Shown here: positions 1 through 12,844 of the stretch, piece by piece
Layout: every line of letters begins with the position of its first letter
Position numbering within the stretch: position 1 is the stretch's first letter
DNA from: Antedon mediterranea
Taxonomy: Eukaryota; Animalia; Echinodermata
Assembly (NCBI RefSeq): GCF_964355755.1
Contig: NC_092673.1
Location: 2,294,001-2,358,000, forward strand
DNA: 64,000 nucleotides
Direction of reading: 5' to 3'
Position numbers and translations under genes: made by a program
The notes under the pieces: model-generated
What the model was told of the DNA's origin: nothing
Databases searched by the model: none
What the model saw: only the letters and a program-made list of their open reading frames with translations

Positions 1-375
1 GATAAAAACATATCAGGTATAGATATTCAGGAGGCCCCTATTTAGGGGATACCCCTATTTAAGGGATACCCCTATTAAGGGGACACCAATATTCAGAGGA
101 CATATTTAGACAGGTTTACATATGGTCCTGTTTTTTGTTTAGCAACAGATTAAAAACATTCATAAAAAACATTAAAAAACTTACAATAAAAACTTTAAAA
201 TCTCAATACAAAGACAGACAATATTTACAGTGTTAAAAAGGAGAGAAAATAAAAGGGAAATATAAATGAATTGTTCAGAACATTTTTACAAATATAGTAA
301 AAAATAGTCTAAAAAGAGAACATTCCTAAACTACAATTGTAAAATAAAACTGGATGAAGATGAAGATGTATATAA

Positions 376-581
376 ACGTATGGCCTAAGCACCTTTACTT
401 CTGCTGCCTCTTGCTTATGGAATGACCTACCGGCCTCTATTAGGTCATGTTCTTATACCATTGCCTTTAAATCTGCCTTGAAAATTCATCTTTTTCTTTC
501 AAATTGAGCTCTCATACACCGCGCCTTTGATCACTTACTGCTGGAATTGGCGCATTACAAATTCGTACTATTATTATTATT
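376..581 (+). mobile_element. 3' end fragment of an L2/CR1-group LINE
   Basis: Translates TYGLSTFTSAASCLWNDLPASIRSCSYTIAFKSALKIHLF (typical ORF2 C-terminus WN.LP..IR...FK..LK..LF) followed by a short UTR and (ATT)n tail. Confidence 0.75.
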
Positions 582-1166
582 ACAGTATTATCCAAAAGAC
601 GTTTTTTTTTGCAAATTATGATTAGCATGTGTCAATCAGTCAATCATGTCAACAGTGTAATAATGGTATTTCCATGGACATTTAACATTACAATTAACAC
701 TTAATTATTAATTACTTAATTACAGTAATAATGACAGATGATTTAATTTCAGCTTTAGCTGTAATACCATCTAACCACGGTAAAAATGATTTCCTAATTT
801 GAATTAAAACACGAACAGGAAAGCGGCCTATTGTCACTTTCTGACCGGATCTGTATCACACAATTTCCCACCCGTTCTGAGAGCTGTTTCACACGGAGAG
901 CACAAGGGTAAAGTTCACCCCTTTTTAGGGGTTGAGTGAGGAGATCGTTCAATAAGCAAACATTTTTATACAAAAAAAAAGCAGATGGAATTTATGGGGA
1001 CACACCTATTCAGGGGACTCATCCATTGGGACAACCCTATTCAGGGGACTCCTCTATTGGGACACCTCTATTCAGAGGACATCCCTATATTTAAGGAACA
1101 TGAAATGGAAAAGGGGCAATATATGTTTTTTAACACTATGGTCAACCCATATTTAGGGGACTTCTC

Positions 1167-1366
1167 CAGGCCTGGTCTTTTAAGGCAAGTGAGTGCGATA
1201 ACTCACCTAACACACTCCTAAACTGCCCTTGAGGAGTGCGATTTACAACACGCCTTAATTTGGTAAACTTCTACACACGAAAATACAAACAGCACATCTA
1301 CAGCACCCCTGATTGAATTGAGGAGTGCAATTTGTAGCACACCTATGTTTCAAAAGACAATGCCTG
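1167..1366. mobile_element. Degenerate MITE (family C)
   Basis: Imperfect TIRs caggcctggtctttt / aaaagacaatgcctg; internal similarity to 8390-8518 (tcacctaacac, tacaaacagcaca). Confidence 0.45.
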
Positions 1367-4300
1367 CTCCTCTATTAAGTAACTATAATAATAATTATCT
1401 CACATACTATTGCACGCCATGTGACCCACAATTGTCCAATCAAATGACAGGAATTTATTTACGTGTTATATAATAATAATTATCTCACATACTTTATCTA
1501 TAGATTGAATGTATTACTATTAGAAATGGCGCTACATTTTATACATCAAAACTGTACATGTGAAATCGCAATGCAACAGATGTCTCAACACAATTATATC
1601 AGACTAACCTCGCTTTACGATACTGTTAATTTTCATTATCGATGAACAAAGTTTAATAAAGTTAACAAATCAGTTCATTAGGATTGATAAAACTACAGTT
1701 CAACATTTTATAGCATTTTTTATCTATCTTATTCAATAATGACTCAAACAGGGGGAGTAAGGTCTTTAGGGGTAAGACTCTAAGGAATTTTTAGTTTAAC
1801 ACATCTGAACTTTTGAAATCCAATAGAGGACAAATAATTAGCTTATTAACGGTTTTCGTTTTTTAACGCAGACATTTTATGAAACAAATTAATTTATATG
1901 ATGTTCTTCAGGTTCAAAAGTAATCATTTTAATGTAAATCAAATTGAATTATGTAACATTATCATGTTAATAATTTATAAATATAATTATATAATGTGTG
2001 TTTAAATTCTACAAATTAAATATTATGTATTTTACAAATTAAATTTTATTATGTATCTTAATTTTACAAATTAAATTCTACGTATCTAAAATTTACAAAT
2101 TATATTTATTAAGTAATTGAATTTACTAACCTTTGATAGTTAGTGTTTTTGTCTTGTAAGCCGATGGGGACATTTTGTTTTCAATTTGTAAAACTCTACT
2201 TAAAATAAAACTAAACTTTAAAGTAATATTATGTAAACATCTATCCATATCCACATGCAACAATTTGTTTTTATGTGTGAATCGTGTGTCAGCACAAAGA
2301 CAGGCACTGGACTGCAGACAGAATTGAACCCAGTAACGTGAGACAGAGAGGCAACGCTGGGACCTAGTGCCTAGTACGAGAAAGTTTAATAAACTTTTTA
2401 TTACTTTGTTAAAGAATATGATGTGAGACTTGTTTGTTTCTTGACAATGTAAAGCCATAGTTACATTTGATTGAAAGTTTTAGTAATCTGTATTTGTAAG
2501 AAGTTCCTGTGTTTGCATGCGGTCTCTACCTGTCAGTCGCTTTTATTATCTTTTTCCTCAAAATCTAATTTTATTTTTGTAATTTTATACAAGTGTAAGT
2601 GGACAATTTAGTAGAAAATAACTGAGCTACTACAAACCACTAAGAACTGTATATAAACTATCTTTCTAATATGTTTAGGAACCAGGGTTCCACTAACCGA
2701 ATCCGAAAAAACGGTAGGCTTAGGTAGCAGAACATTTGTATGTTGTACTACCTATTTATGAGTAACATATGCTACCCAAAATAAAAGTAGTTCAGTTTAC
2801 TAAAACTACAACATATTAGAAAAAATAAAGACATCTACAGTATATATTGATATATAACAGAAAACATAAATAGACATAGAGAAAACACAAGAGCATTTTA
2901 GCAATGTTGTGTTTCAAATAGTAAATAAACAGCACCAGATTGATAGCTCGAACTTTCAATATCACAAAAGTATTTACTTGGCCTTCAGGCAGATAAATTA
3001 ATAGGTCTATGAATATTCTTCTGTATCATCTCAACTATGAGAATGAACCATCAATCTGTCTAGAATACGGCATGTGTCAGATGTTGTCTGGGAATTTAAG
3101 TTCGTTTGCTGGCTCCTCGTGTTCGGTATCTTCGGTAGCATAACAAGAGAAAAACCACCAGGGAGCGTCGACGAGGAAGAGCGTAGTTGGAGCAGCAGCC
3201 CCAGCTGTTGCGAACAATTAGTGCAATTGCTTAATTTTTATTCGACAGGAAAACCAACAGCGTGATGCGGCAATTCTGTGGAAAGGCAGAACCGTCTAAG
3301 ACCATAGGGACATTCTTCCATACTGCAGATATCGATACACCAGAAATTAGACATCCTCGTCTGATTACATGCAATTGATCACCACCTACGTGCGAGATCT
3401 ATTTCCACGCAACCGCCACGGCGGAAATGGATATGTTTTGAGGACGTTATGCTGAATCACCCGTTAAAAAGTTGGTTTGCCAAGTCTCTGCCGCTATGAT
3501 AGGAATGGACTCCGGACTCATCTGCTCCCAGACCGAGATACTTTCTGTTTATGACATGTTAAAAATGAAAGATAAATCAATGTACTGAATTTGTCTTAGT
3601 GTGTTTTATGTTAAATCATATATGGATGTTATTTAAACTGAAAGAACATCATCATAACACATATCTAAAATTAGCTAATACTGTATATAATAAACTAATA
3701 GTAATAAAAGGCCATGAATTGTTTTCCTTTACTAGCCCACTGGGATAGCCGATGAAACATTCACTAGCCCACATGCTATTTGCCTACCCTAGCCTGAATT
3801 TCGCACAAGTGTACATACAACTTCTTTCTCCTAAGGATCTCTTTGTTTCAAGCAGCCGATAAACGCGGTTAATTCGTCTGTCCATAACAGGGGCTGAGGT
3901 GGACCAGTACCCACGAGTAACATCTTACACTTCTGAGCCAAATTAAGTACTATTATGAGGATGGGTGTTCGATAAATTATTTTTACATATAGCGCTCTTT
4001 GAGGAGAATAGGCTATTGTAGCTTTATCAAGGTAAACTAGATAAATAGAAAAAGACTAATAATATTACAGATGTTCAATAATATATCAAATTTCGATTGG
4101 TTGCATTGAAAGATAAATAGTTATAAGTCAGAACTAAACATAGATTTGACAATTCAGCGTAAAGATCTAAAAACTAAGTACTGTATAGATATTCACTGAT
4201 AAATTAATATGAATGAAATATTAAGTTATGAAGTTACATATACATTGAGAAAGCATCGTCATCAAATATTAATGTCTCCAACGATTCAATCTACTCAATT

Positions 4301-4750
4301 ACTCAATTTAGAAAAATAATGCAACACAATATACACTGCCGACAGATTTGAGGCAGACGTTATGCAATTGATGAATATGTGACTCAGTACATGCTTTTAG
4401 TTTCATTTGCAATGAGTCACTTTGATTTGTACTATAACTGATCATGTGCATAAGTGTCTGGGGATTAGGTATATTTAGATGGAGACCTAATAAACAGCGT
4501 TCTGTTACTTCCTTAAACATGCAACGGTTTGCCTAAGTTCAAGTGAAAAAACGCAGAAATAAGCTGGAGGTTAACTTCACTTAAGTGAGAATGAACGTGA
4601 AAAGAGTGCAGTCGGTTCACACTCGCAATGTCCGAGTATCGCCATTGGTGACTAGTGTCAAAGTCACATGTTTAAAGCATGTTAGTAATACTCTGAGAGT
4701 TTACAGATTAATAGTAGTGTTTGTTTCAACACATTTATTGCCCAATCTAA

Positions 4751-4910
4751 AACTCTGTCTACACTATCAAACTTTATGTGACAAAAAATGTAATGTGGCC
4801 ATATATGAACATGATTATGTCATATCACTACCATATTTAAGCATATCACTACTATATTTAGACATATCACACTTTTTTTGTCAACCTAGTGTGATAGTGT
4901 AGACAAAGCC
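4751..4910 (+). mobile_element. MITE family A (PIF/Harbinger-like, TWA target)
   Basis: TIR ctctgtctacactatca / tgatagtgtagaca; TAA on both sides; internal (atatcactaccatattt) repeats; 7 copies in window. Confidence 0.8.
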
Positions 4911-5508
4911 TAATGTATATGACTTTATTTAAAAGAGCTGCTAGTGCGAACTATAATATAATATTTCGGGTCTTTTATAAACTTATATAACGATTTTGCG
5001 AAATGTGTAAGCATGTTAGATTAGAAAATATGTTGGATCAATTCTAAATCCAAAACCATTTTAATGATTTTAACATGATGATTTAATCTGATTTTTTTAT
5101 AGTTTTTACTTCTCCCTGATCATTTTTAAATATTTATTTGTGTCCGAGACATGTGTTCAAAACCTACCTGGGCAGTCTTGTCATAAACTCCCTGCCGTTT
5201 CAAATGAGACACCCATTCGTCAATGCAGTGTGCAAAAAAAAGGAATCATAGCATACATGCAAATATGCACACAACAACTTTGTGCACCTGTATGCAAAAT
5301 AAGTGTGGATCGTCTTCTGGTATGCAGAGTATAATGGGCTTCTGAATTATCTCATTTTCAAAGTTATACACATTTATTATTAATTATAAATATAATATTA
5401 CATCTACTTTTATTGATGATTCCAGTTGTATTTGAAAAAGAAATTTAAGTTTAAAAGTAGGGAAAAGAGCCGAGTCATCAAATGTGCTGTGGAAGGGGAA
5501 TAGCTAAC

Positions 5509-5712
5509 CTCTATATCGGAGTGTGTTGCTAATTTCAGAGCAGAATCGTAGTAGCCAGCCCTCAGGAAGTACTCAACAAGCATTCGGTCAACTCTCTTCT
5601 TATTCCACTGGGCTAACGAGCTCTCAGTACAGGAACTTTTCTCTTTTAAGTGCTCAATACGACGTTTACACACCCGTGCACTGCCTTCTTCCTGGCTTAT
5701 AGCCTCTGCAGC
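5509..5712 (-). CDS. MAEA: MAEA coding exon 4 including LisH motif (AAEAISQEEGSARVCKRRIEHLKE...DRMLVEYFLRAGYYDSALKLATHSDIE); later exons not found in window
   Basis: ttatag| acceptor, |gttagc donor, 68 codons; CKRRIEHLKE and LisH-type RMLVEYFLRAGYYDSALKLA match MAEA. Confidence 0.96.
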
Positions 5713-6375
5713 CTATAAATATATAAATGTTTTGTTTAGTGACAACACAGCATACATTACTTGTGACCCCTTTAATATAGGAACTTTTGTCATTGACATT
5801 CATGGGTTATAGTTTAGCCTAAAATACATAAATTAAAATTACTATAAATCAACCAATAGTAGTATAGATAGAAAGTTACCTATAGTAAATGAAGAATTCT
5901 AAACAACCATTTAAACAAAAATTATTTTTATTAGAACAATGTTTATTACACATGTACAGATTTATTTAAAAAATATGTGCAGTACATTTTTCCTCATTAG
6001 TAATTCATTGCACATATTTTCTTTCCATCGTAAATTCATACATAAATTTTAATTAAAATTTACAGATATATTGCTATTACTCATAATCTGGGAGAAAAAC
6101 ACGCAAATTCTTGTAGTGTATAGATAAGTGACAATATACTAAATCCAAGTACTTCAACTTCACAGTTTGAAGTTAAACGTGCCGCCAACTTTCATAATAT
6201 CAATACTATATATTAGTCTGGCCAGGCAATTGCTTAAGTTCAACGTATTACTGTATTTGTCAGTTATCATTATATTCAACTTTTCAGTTACACAGATTTA
6301 TTGCTTATGTGTAAAGAACGCAATATTGATCAAGAGAGGGCAGTATTTAACATTGTAACTGTAGTAAAAATGTCA

Positions 6376-8223
6376 TTGGATGAATGTGATGTATTATTGG
6401 ATGAATGTGATGTATTGTTGGATGAATGTGATGTATTGTTGGATGAATGTGATGTATTATTGGATGAATGTGATGTATTGTTGGATGAATGTGATGTATT
6501 ATTGGATGAATGTGATGTATTGTTGGATGAATGTGATGTATTGTTGGATGAATGTGATGTATTATTGGATGAATGTGATGTATTGTTGGATGAATGTGAT
6601 GTATTGTTGGATGAATGTGATGTATTGTTGGATGAATGTGATGTATTATTGGATGAATGTGATGTATTGTTGGATGAATGTGATGTATTATTGGATGAAT
6701 GTGATGTATTGTTGGATGAATGTGATGTATTGTTGGATGAATGTGATGTATTATTGGATGAATGTGATGTATTGTTGGATGAATGTGATGTATTGTTGGA
6801 TGAATGTGATGTATTGTTGGATGAATGTGATGTATTATTGGATGAATGTGATGTATTGTTGGATGAATGTGATGTATTGTTGGATGAATGTGATGTATTG
6901 TTGGATGAATGTGATGTATTGTTGGATGAATGTGATGTATTATTGGATGAATGTGATGTATTGTTGGATGAATGTGATGTATTATTGGATGAATGTGATG
7001 TATTATTGGATGAATGTGATGTATTATTGGATGAATGTGATGTATTATTGGATGAATGTGATGTATTGTTGGATGAATGTGATGTATTGTTGGATGAATG
7101 TGATGTATTGTTGGATGAATGTGATGTATTATTGGATGAATGTGATGTATTATTGGATGAATGTGATGTATTATTGGATGAATGTGATGTATTATTGGAT
7201 GAATGTGATGTATTGTTGGATGAATGTGATGTATTGTTGGATGAATGTGATGTATTGTTGGATGAATGTGATGTATTGTTGGATGAATGTGATGTATTGT
7301 TGGATGAATGTGATGTATTATTGGATGAATGTGATGTATTGTTGGATGAATGTGATGTATTGTTGGATGAATGTGATGTATTGTTGGATGAATGTGATGT
7401 ATTGTTGGATGAATGTGATGTATTATTGGATGAATGTGATGTATTGTTGGATGAATGTGATGTATTGTTGGATGAATGTGATGTATTATTGGATGAATGT
7501 GATGTATTATTGGATGAATGTGATGTATTATTGGATGAATGTGATGTATTGTTGGATGAATGTGATGTATTATTGGATGAATGTGATGTATTGTTGGATG
7601 AATGTGATGTATTGTTGGATGAATGTGATGTATTATTGGATGAATGTGATGTATTATTGGATGAATGTGATGTATTGTTGGATGAATGTGATGTATTGTT
7701 GGATGAATGTGATGTATTGTTGGATGAATGTGATGTATTGTTGGATGAATGTGATGTATTATTGGATGAATGTGATGTATTGTTGGATGAATGTGATGTA
7801 TTGTTGGATGAATGTGATGTATTGTTGGATGAATGTGATGTATTATTGGATGAATGTGATGTATTGTTGGATGAATGTGATGTATTGTTGGATGAATGTG
7901 ATGTATTGTTGGATGAATGTGATGTATTGTTGGATGAATGTGATGTATTATTGGATGAATGTGATGTATTATTGGATGAATGTGATGTATTGTTGGATGA
8001 ATGTGATGTATTGTTGGATGAATGTGATGTATTGTTGGATGAATGTGATGTATTGTTGGATGAATGTGATGTATTATTGGATGAATGTGATGTATTGTTG
8101 GATGAATGTGATGTATTGTTGGATGAATGTGATGTATTATTGGATGAATGTGATGTATTATTGGATGAATGTGATGTATTGTTGGATGAATGTGATGTAT
8201 TATTGGATGAATGTGATGTATTG
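6376..8223 (+). repeat. Minisatellite, 88 x 21 bp TTGGATGAATGTGATGTATT(A/G), in MAEA intron 3
   Basis: 1848 bp / 21 = 88 units; only the last base of the unit varies. Confidence 0.98.
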
Positions 8224-8518
8224 TAAACTTTTAATAAAATTCATATTTCTCTTACTAGCATTACTATAATTTTCAATGCTAAGAAACAGAAATAAATTTA
8301 GCTCATTTTATCATTTACAAATACCTTACTTTTGATTACTAGACTATTATGTTCCTGCAAACCTAATATTGTGTCTGATATCTAATTGTCCAGCCCTTGA
8401 TTTGTTAGGTGTGGTAGTGCAATCAGTCACCTAACACTTATAATTTCCCCGAGGTGAGCCATTTACAGTGCATCTAAATTTGGCACGACTACAAACAGCA
8501 CACCTAGAGCGCCGCTAA

Positions 8519-8661
8519 GGCTTGGTTTCCAATAGGACGTAAATGCAACGCAATTGTGTTGACCAATGACAAGCAACAGTTTGATTAATCCCCGCTTGTG
8601 ATTGGCCAAATCACTTACGTTGCGTTCATCATTGTGTTGCGTTTCTAGTGGGAACCAAGCA
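8519..8661. mobile_element. Palindromic MITE family B (PIF/Harbinger-like)
   Basis: TIR gcttggtt(t)cca / tgggaaccaagc, inner inverted ccaatgacaagc / gcttgtgattgg; TAA/TTA flanks; other copies at 31011, 36123, 60031. Confidence 0.75.
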
Positions 8662-8853
8662 TTAATGTGTTTAGGAGTTTATTCAGAATGACTGTCACCT
8701 AGCAAAGCATTCCTTAGCAATTCTCCTAATAAATAATACAAAGTGGTTAGGATTCTGTTCTCAGTGTTAGTTTCTGTCGGAATCTGTTACAATAGGCAGT
8801 TGCGTTCTGGTGCCCGAATCCTAACTACGGCGTAAATAAAAAGTATACTGTAC

Positions 8854-8967
8854 TTTTCTTTTAAGTGCTGTTAGCTTATCCACCACTGAATCTAGTAACT
8901 CTACTACTTTTCCAACATTGCATGGTTCTTCAGTATCTTTCAAACTGTTTTCAAATTTACTCGTCAC
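8854..8967 (-). CDS. MAEA: MAEA coding exon 3 (VTSKFENSLKDTEEPCNVGKVVELLDSVVDKLTALKRK)
   Basis: ttcatag| acceptor, |gtacag donor, 38 codons; aligns to MAEA VVSLLDGVVEKLSVLKRK. Confidence 0.93.
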
Positions 8968-9000
8968 CTATGAAGAAATAATAATAGAAAAGAACATAAA

Positions 9001-9245
9001 AGATGTATTGGCCCACAAAAAACAATAACAATAATAAAGATTAATAAAATCAAACTTTAAATAGGCCATTTTGCAGTTTTAACTTTTAATCAAGTTATTC
9101 ACTTCTGTTAAAAAAAAATAACCCAAAAAATAATTATTTCACTAATAAAAAGAGAAAAGAAACGTTTAATTTTAACTAAAAACCATTGTCTGACAGACAA
9201 TTTAAGTATTTTTGGCTTTTACATTACATTTTTTTCAGGTACATA
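9001..9245 (+). mobile_element. MITE family D (Kolobok-like), 3'-degraded copy
   Basis: agatgtattg...aagattaataaaa...ctttaaataggccattttg shared with 45566 and 59001 copies. Confidence 0.65.
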
Positions 9246-9816
9246 ATTTTTTTTCTTTTCGATCCAGTTTTTGACATTTGATTCCAAGATGATGACTAAT
9301 TAATTGTATAAAAGTTTACAGTAGGTGACTGGTATTGACAACAAATATGTATTGAATTCATTGAATGGTCAATATATATGTTGAAAGACTGTCTGTCCTA
9401 TTTCAATTCATTATCATTCAATATTCTCCCAATTCAACTTATAAACATTCATTTACAGTATACCATTTTTACGCCTTCCATTTTCCAAAATTCTATGCCA
9501 TGTTTTACACAATACCATACCAACAAAAACACTTCATAAATAGTTAGTTTTCTCAAATTATTATCAATATATTATTTTTAAATATTTTGAACAATTTGGC
9601 ATATGAAATTTAACAAACAAAATCCAATAAAAACATTTTTTCGAACAAATGAATCTTTAAAATTTCCAAGCATCACGGCAAAATAATTCTTAATACTCTG
9701 TACCTAATTATTAATAACAATATGAAATTCACTCTAGCTAGATTTACTTTACAATAACATGAAATAGATATTACATGTATATTCATAATAAATAAGCAAT
9801 GTACAATAATACATAC

Positions 9817-9894
9817 TCCTGTTACGTGTGAAACTTCACGGTCGATAGCCTTCTGACTGTTTCTAAATCTTTTATTGAGCGTCTCGTATGGCAC
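9817..9894 (-). CDS. MAEA: MAEA coding exon 2 (VPYETLNKRFRNSQKAIDREVSHVTG)
   Basis: tttcag| acceptor, |gtatgt donor, 26 codons; VPYETLNKRFR is the conserved MAEA motif. Confidence 0.95.
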
Positions 9895-11445
9895 CTGAAA
9901 TTTAAACAAATTATATTTCACAAATTTATTCTTCTTATTACAAAAAAATTCAATAAATTATAAATCATGAAGCATATATATTTTACATTTCAGAACAATA
10001 AAATATGATCATACAATCTACAGTACCATCATTGATAACACCTGTCATTTTATAAAATTCAATGAAATATTAATTTCATAGAGGTTTTGTACAGTAAGTC
10101 CAGCTCTGAAAGAATTTAATCTTTGCTTTTATAAAGTTACTGCAAAATTTCCACTTTTTATTTAAAAATCTCTTTAAAAAATATAAAATCAATCTCAATC
10201 AATATTTTTTACCGTAATAATAAATAGTACTGACTGCATAAAAAATAAATATTATTTAAGGGAAATGATTAATTTTAATTTCTTGGGGTTTACTAATTGT
10301 ATAGACTAGATTTTAACACTTTTATTTCAGAACCCTTGTGCTACATATTTATACAAAAATAATAGTGGAAATTGTTGGGCATTTGGCCCACAGGAAAAAA
10401 TATACACAACAAAACACCTGCTCAAATGCGATGCCTACTGTAATAATATATATAGCCATTTAATAATAATAATATTGGTACAGTAATAATAATGTTGGTA
10501 AAGTAATAATATTTCTGAAGATCTGAATGCGATATGGAAGACATCTTTGATCGATGACACAATGATGTGCAGAGAAGCTTAACAAACAAAAATAACAATG
10601 TTTTATGGGGATTTGACAAAAAAATTTACTGTAAAATGTTGTTAAAAAGATTGGCTTATAAATTAATATGTAATTGAAAAAAATTTAAAAAAATTGTTTT
10701 GATAGGCAAAAAATGCAATGTCCTGTGTAGTCGTGTACACAGTTTTTTTGCTTTTCATCTTTTTCCGTTGGATTTTACGCGATCAAAAGAATTTTAAAAG
10801 CATTTTATAATAAAAATGTTGTCCATAAGACTGTTCATTAAGTAACTTGTCCTCCGAAAATATGCTCGTCTCCTCGCTATGTTATTTCTGTTGGTTACGC
10901 TTCCCTGAACAGCATTGTTTGTCGTCGATTCAATTTGTCTTCTGTATTGAGAAAAAGGCGTATTCAGAACTCATACACAATTCTTTTCACTACAAAACAT
11001 AATTACTAAATAAAAATGAATTAATAATAAACTGTCTGTGTTAGAATATTTAATTACATATCTATACTAGGCCTAGGCCGATAGGGCAGGGTGTCAACTC
11101 TAGGGTGTACTGTAGGAGCATACATTTAGGCCACCCATACTACACTGGGCCTAAGCATACCTTGTCCTAGTCAATTATTACCAGGTCTAGCTAGCTATAA
11201 GCTAGGGGACTAGCCTGCTAGGCCTACCTAGGCTAGGCTTCTGCTGTCTAGTTACAATAATACAGTGTACCGGTTTCGTCGGTGACGATTAAAAACAACA
11301 CTTTACAGAAACAAATTATAGCACAAAGCATACATATTACATTATTTCCAATCTATGATAAGAGCATTAACTTTATTGCTTTCAATTGCATCAATATACC
11401 ACTAAAAAAACGCAACATATAATTAAAAAATACAATTTTTATCAC

Positions 11446-11484
11446 CTTTAATGTTGAGTGCTCCAATGCTTTGACGTCCGCCAT
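11446..11484 (-). CDS. MAEA: MAEA coding exon 1 (MADVKALEHSTLK)
   Basis: Reverse complement reads aaaATGGCGGACGTC...TTAAAG|gtgat; 13 codons, phase 0; matches the MAEA N-terminus (..EYPTLK|VPYE in vertebrates). Confidence 0.92.
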
Positions 11485-11760
11485 TTTAATTTTTGACAGA
11501 GGGCGCCGCATGGATTTAGCTCATACCATTTATGTCGAGGGAATTTTATTGTTTAGTTACATGCATTCAGGTTAACTTTAATTCATATAAATACTATTTA
11601 ATTAATATTAGGTGGTAAAAGAAATATAATTAATTATATTTATAACTCTAAAAAACATTCTATTCAAATTGATAATTATTACGATAATTGCGGATCCAAT
11701 CATTCAACAATTTTATTGACCCCACGTCTTCTTTATAATCATACAACCACCATAATGAGA
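11485..11760. promoter_or_regulatory. Candidate bidirectional MAEA/CtBP promoter
   Basis: Lies immediately upstream of the MAEA ATG; YY1-type CCGCCATTTT overlaps the MAEA start (11478-11487); local CpG retention; a plus-strand exon-like block follows. Confidence 0.5.
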
Positions 11761-12070
11761 GAAGAGAGTGTCTGGGATACGCTATAATCTTCGCTCTATC
11801 TTTCTTCTTGACCGGTGGAATTTATGAAAATTTGTCGGATTTTTTTCGTTGTATGTGGTTTCAAATGTCATTCCCGAATTAATGGACACCATTTTTGAAG
11901 ATATCTACTGGAAATAATTGGTAGAACAACGCCTCGAAAACGTGGTGTGGTGGAGGTTGGTTTCAGAGCGCATGCCACACTTGGTGCTACCATACCAATC
12001 AAGTAGTAGTAGAGTAGAGTGTGCATAGCGGTGTCTTTGTTTGGCTGAGCTAAATATTCTTTCATCCAAG
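11760..12070 (+). other. Candidate non-coding first exon (5' UTR) of CtBP
   Basis: GC-richer block ending in CAAG|gtgaaa at 12070/12071. The THAP exon begins with a splice acceptor (20469/20470), so an upstream exon is expected. Start position approximate. Confidence 0.4.
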
Positions 12071-12844
12071 GTGAAAATAGTTTATTTGTAAATGTTGTAT
12101 TTATGTCGTAATAGTAATTTATTTTTCTACAATTTATTTATGTGACTTTTTGATCTAAAGATGCATATGCTAAGCCATGTTTATTGTAAATTACTCGCAT
12201 AACGTGTGGTTACATACAACGACAATCAATGGTGTATAAAAAAAGATTTTGGAATTCATTTATGTCTGGTGGTGTAGAATGTCATAGGGAGGCCACACTC
12301 GAGTATGCATGGATAGTTTTCGTTTTATTAGCTCTCTCTCATCATTGTGAAATGTGTAGATTTTCTCTTTGGTGCGTGAAATTATTCCAAACTTAAAATC
12401 CTCAGAGAATGGAACATTTTCTACTATTTATGTAACTGGTTAATTAGTTTGAATGTTGTTTTTTGCTGGAACTGGTGAATGTGGTAAACATGCTAAATGA
12501 ATGTACAGTACATATGACCTTGGTAGTATTTGTTCTGTAAGCCTTGTGTTAGTATGTTATTGATTTGCCCTGCCTTACCATGCTATGAAGTGAAGGATAC
12601 TGTTAGTATTGTGTGATTAAATTCATAGCTGGTGGTGGTGGTATATTATAATCAGTTAAACACAAGGAAAAAATTATTCCTTTTCATTTTATTTTCTACA
12701 GTAATTTCATTAAAATATTCATAACTTCATTAGAATTTTTCTTTTGCTATTTAGAATGTACATTAACTAGATTGTTAAATAATTTTCATTTTATGATAGT
12801 TTAAAATATATTAAGGCTTACAACATTTTTTTTTATTAGACTTT

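Noticed and set aside
15-1160. Degenerate ggggacacccctattca-type short repeats (15-100, 995-1160) and the 78-aa ORF over them
   Set aside because: Decayed short tandem repeat; ORF has no recognisable homology.
2126-2458. 110-aa minus-strand ORF as MAEA exon 5
   Set aside because: No similarity to the expected DLVNI...CLAWCHDNK segment; later MAEA exons probably lie left of the window.
6376-8223. CRISPR-like array
   Set aside because: No unique spacers, no cas genes, eukaryotic intron context.
6301-8269. 641-aa (LDECDVL)n and 629-aa (WMNVMYC/Y)n ORFs
   Set aside because: By-products of a stop-free 21-bp unit, antisense within a MAEA intron; not called as genes.
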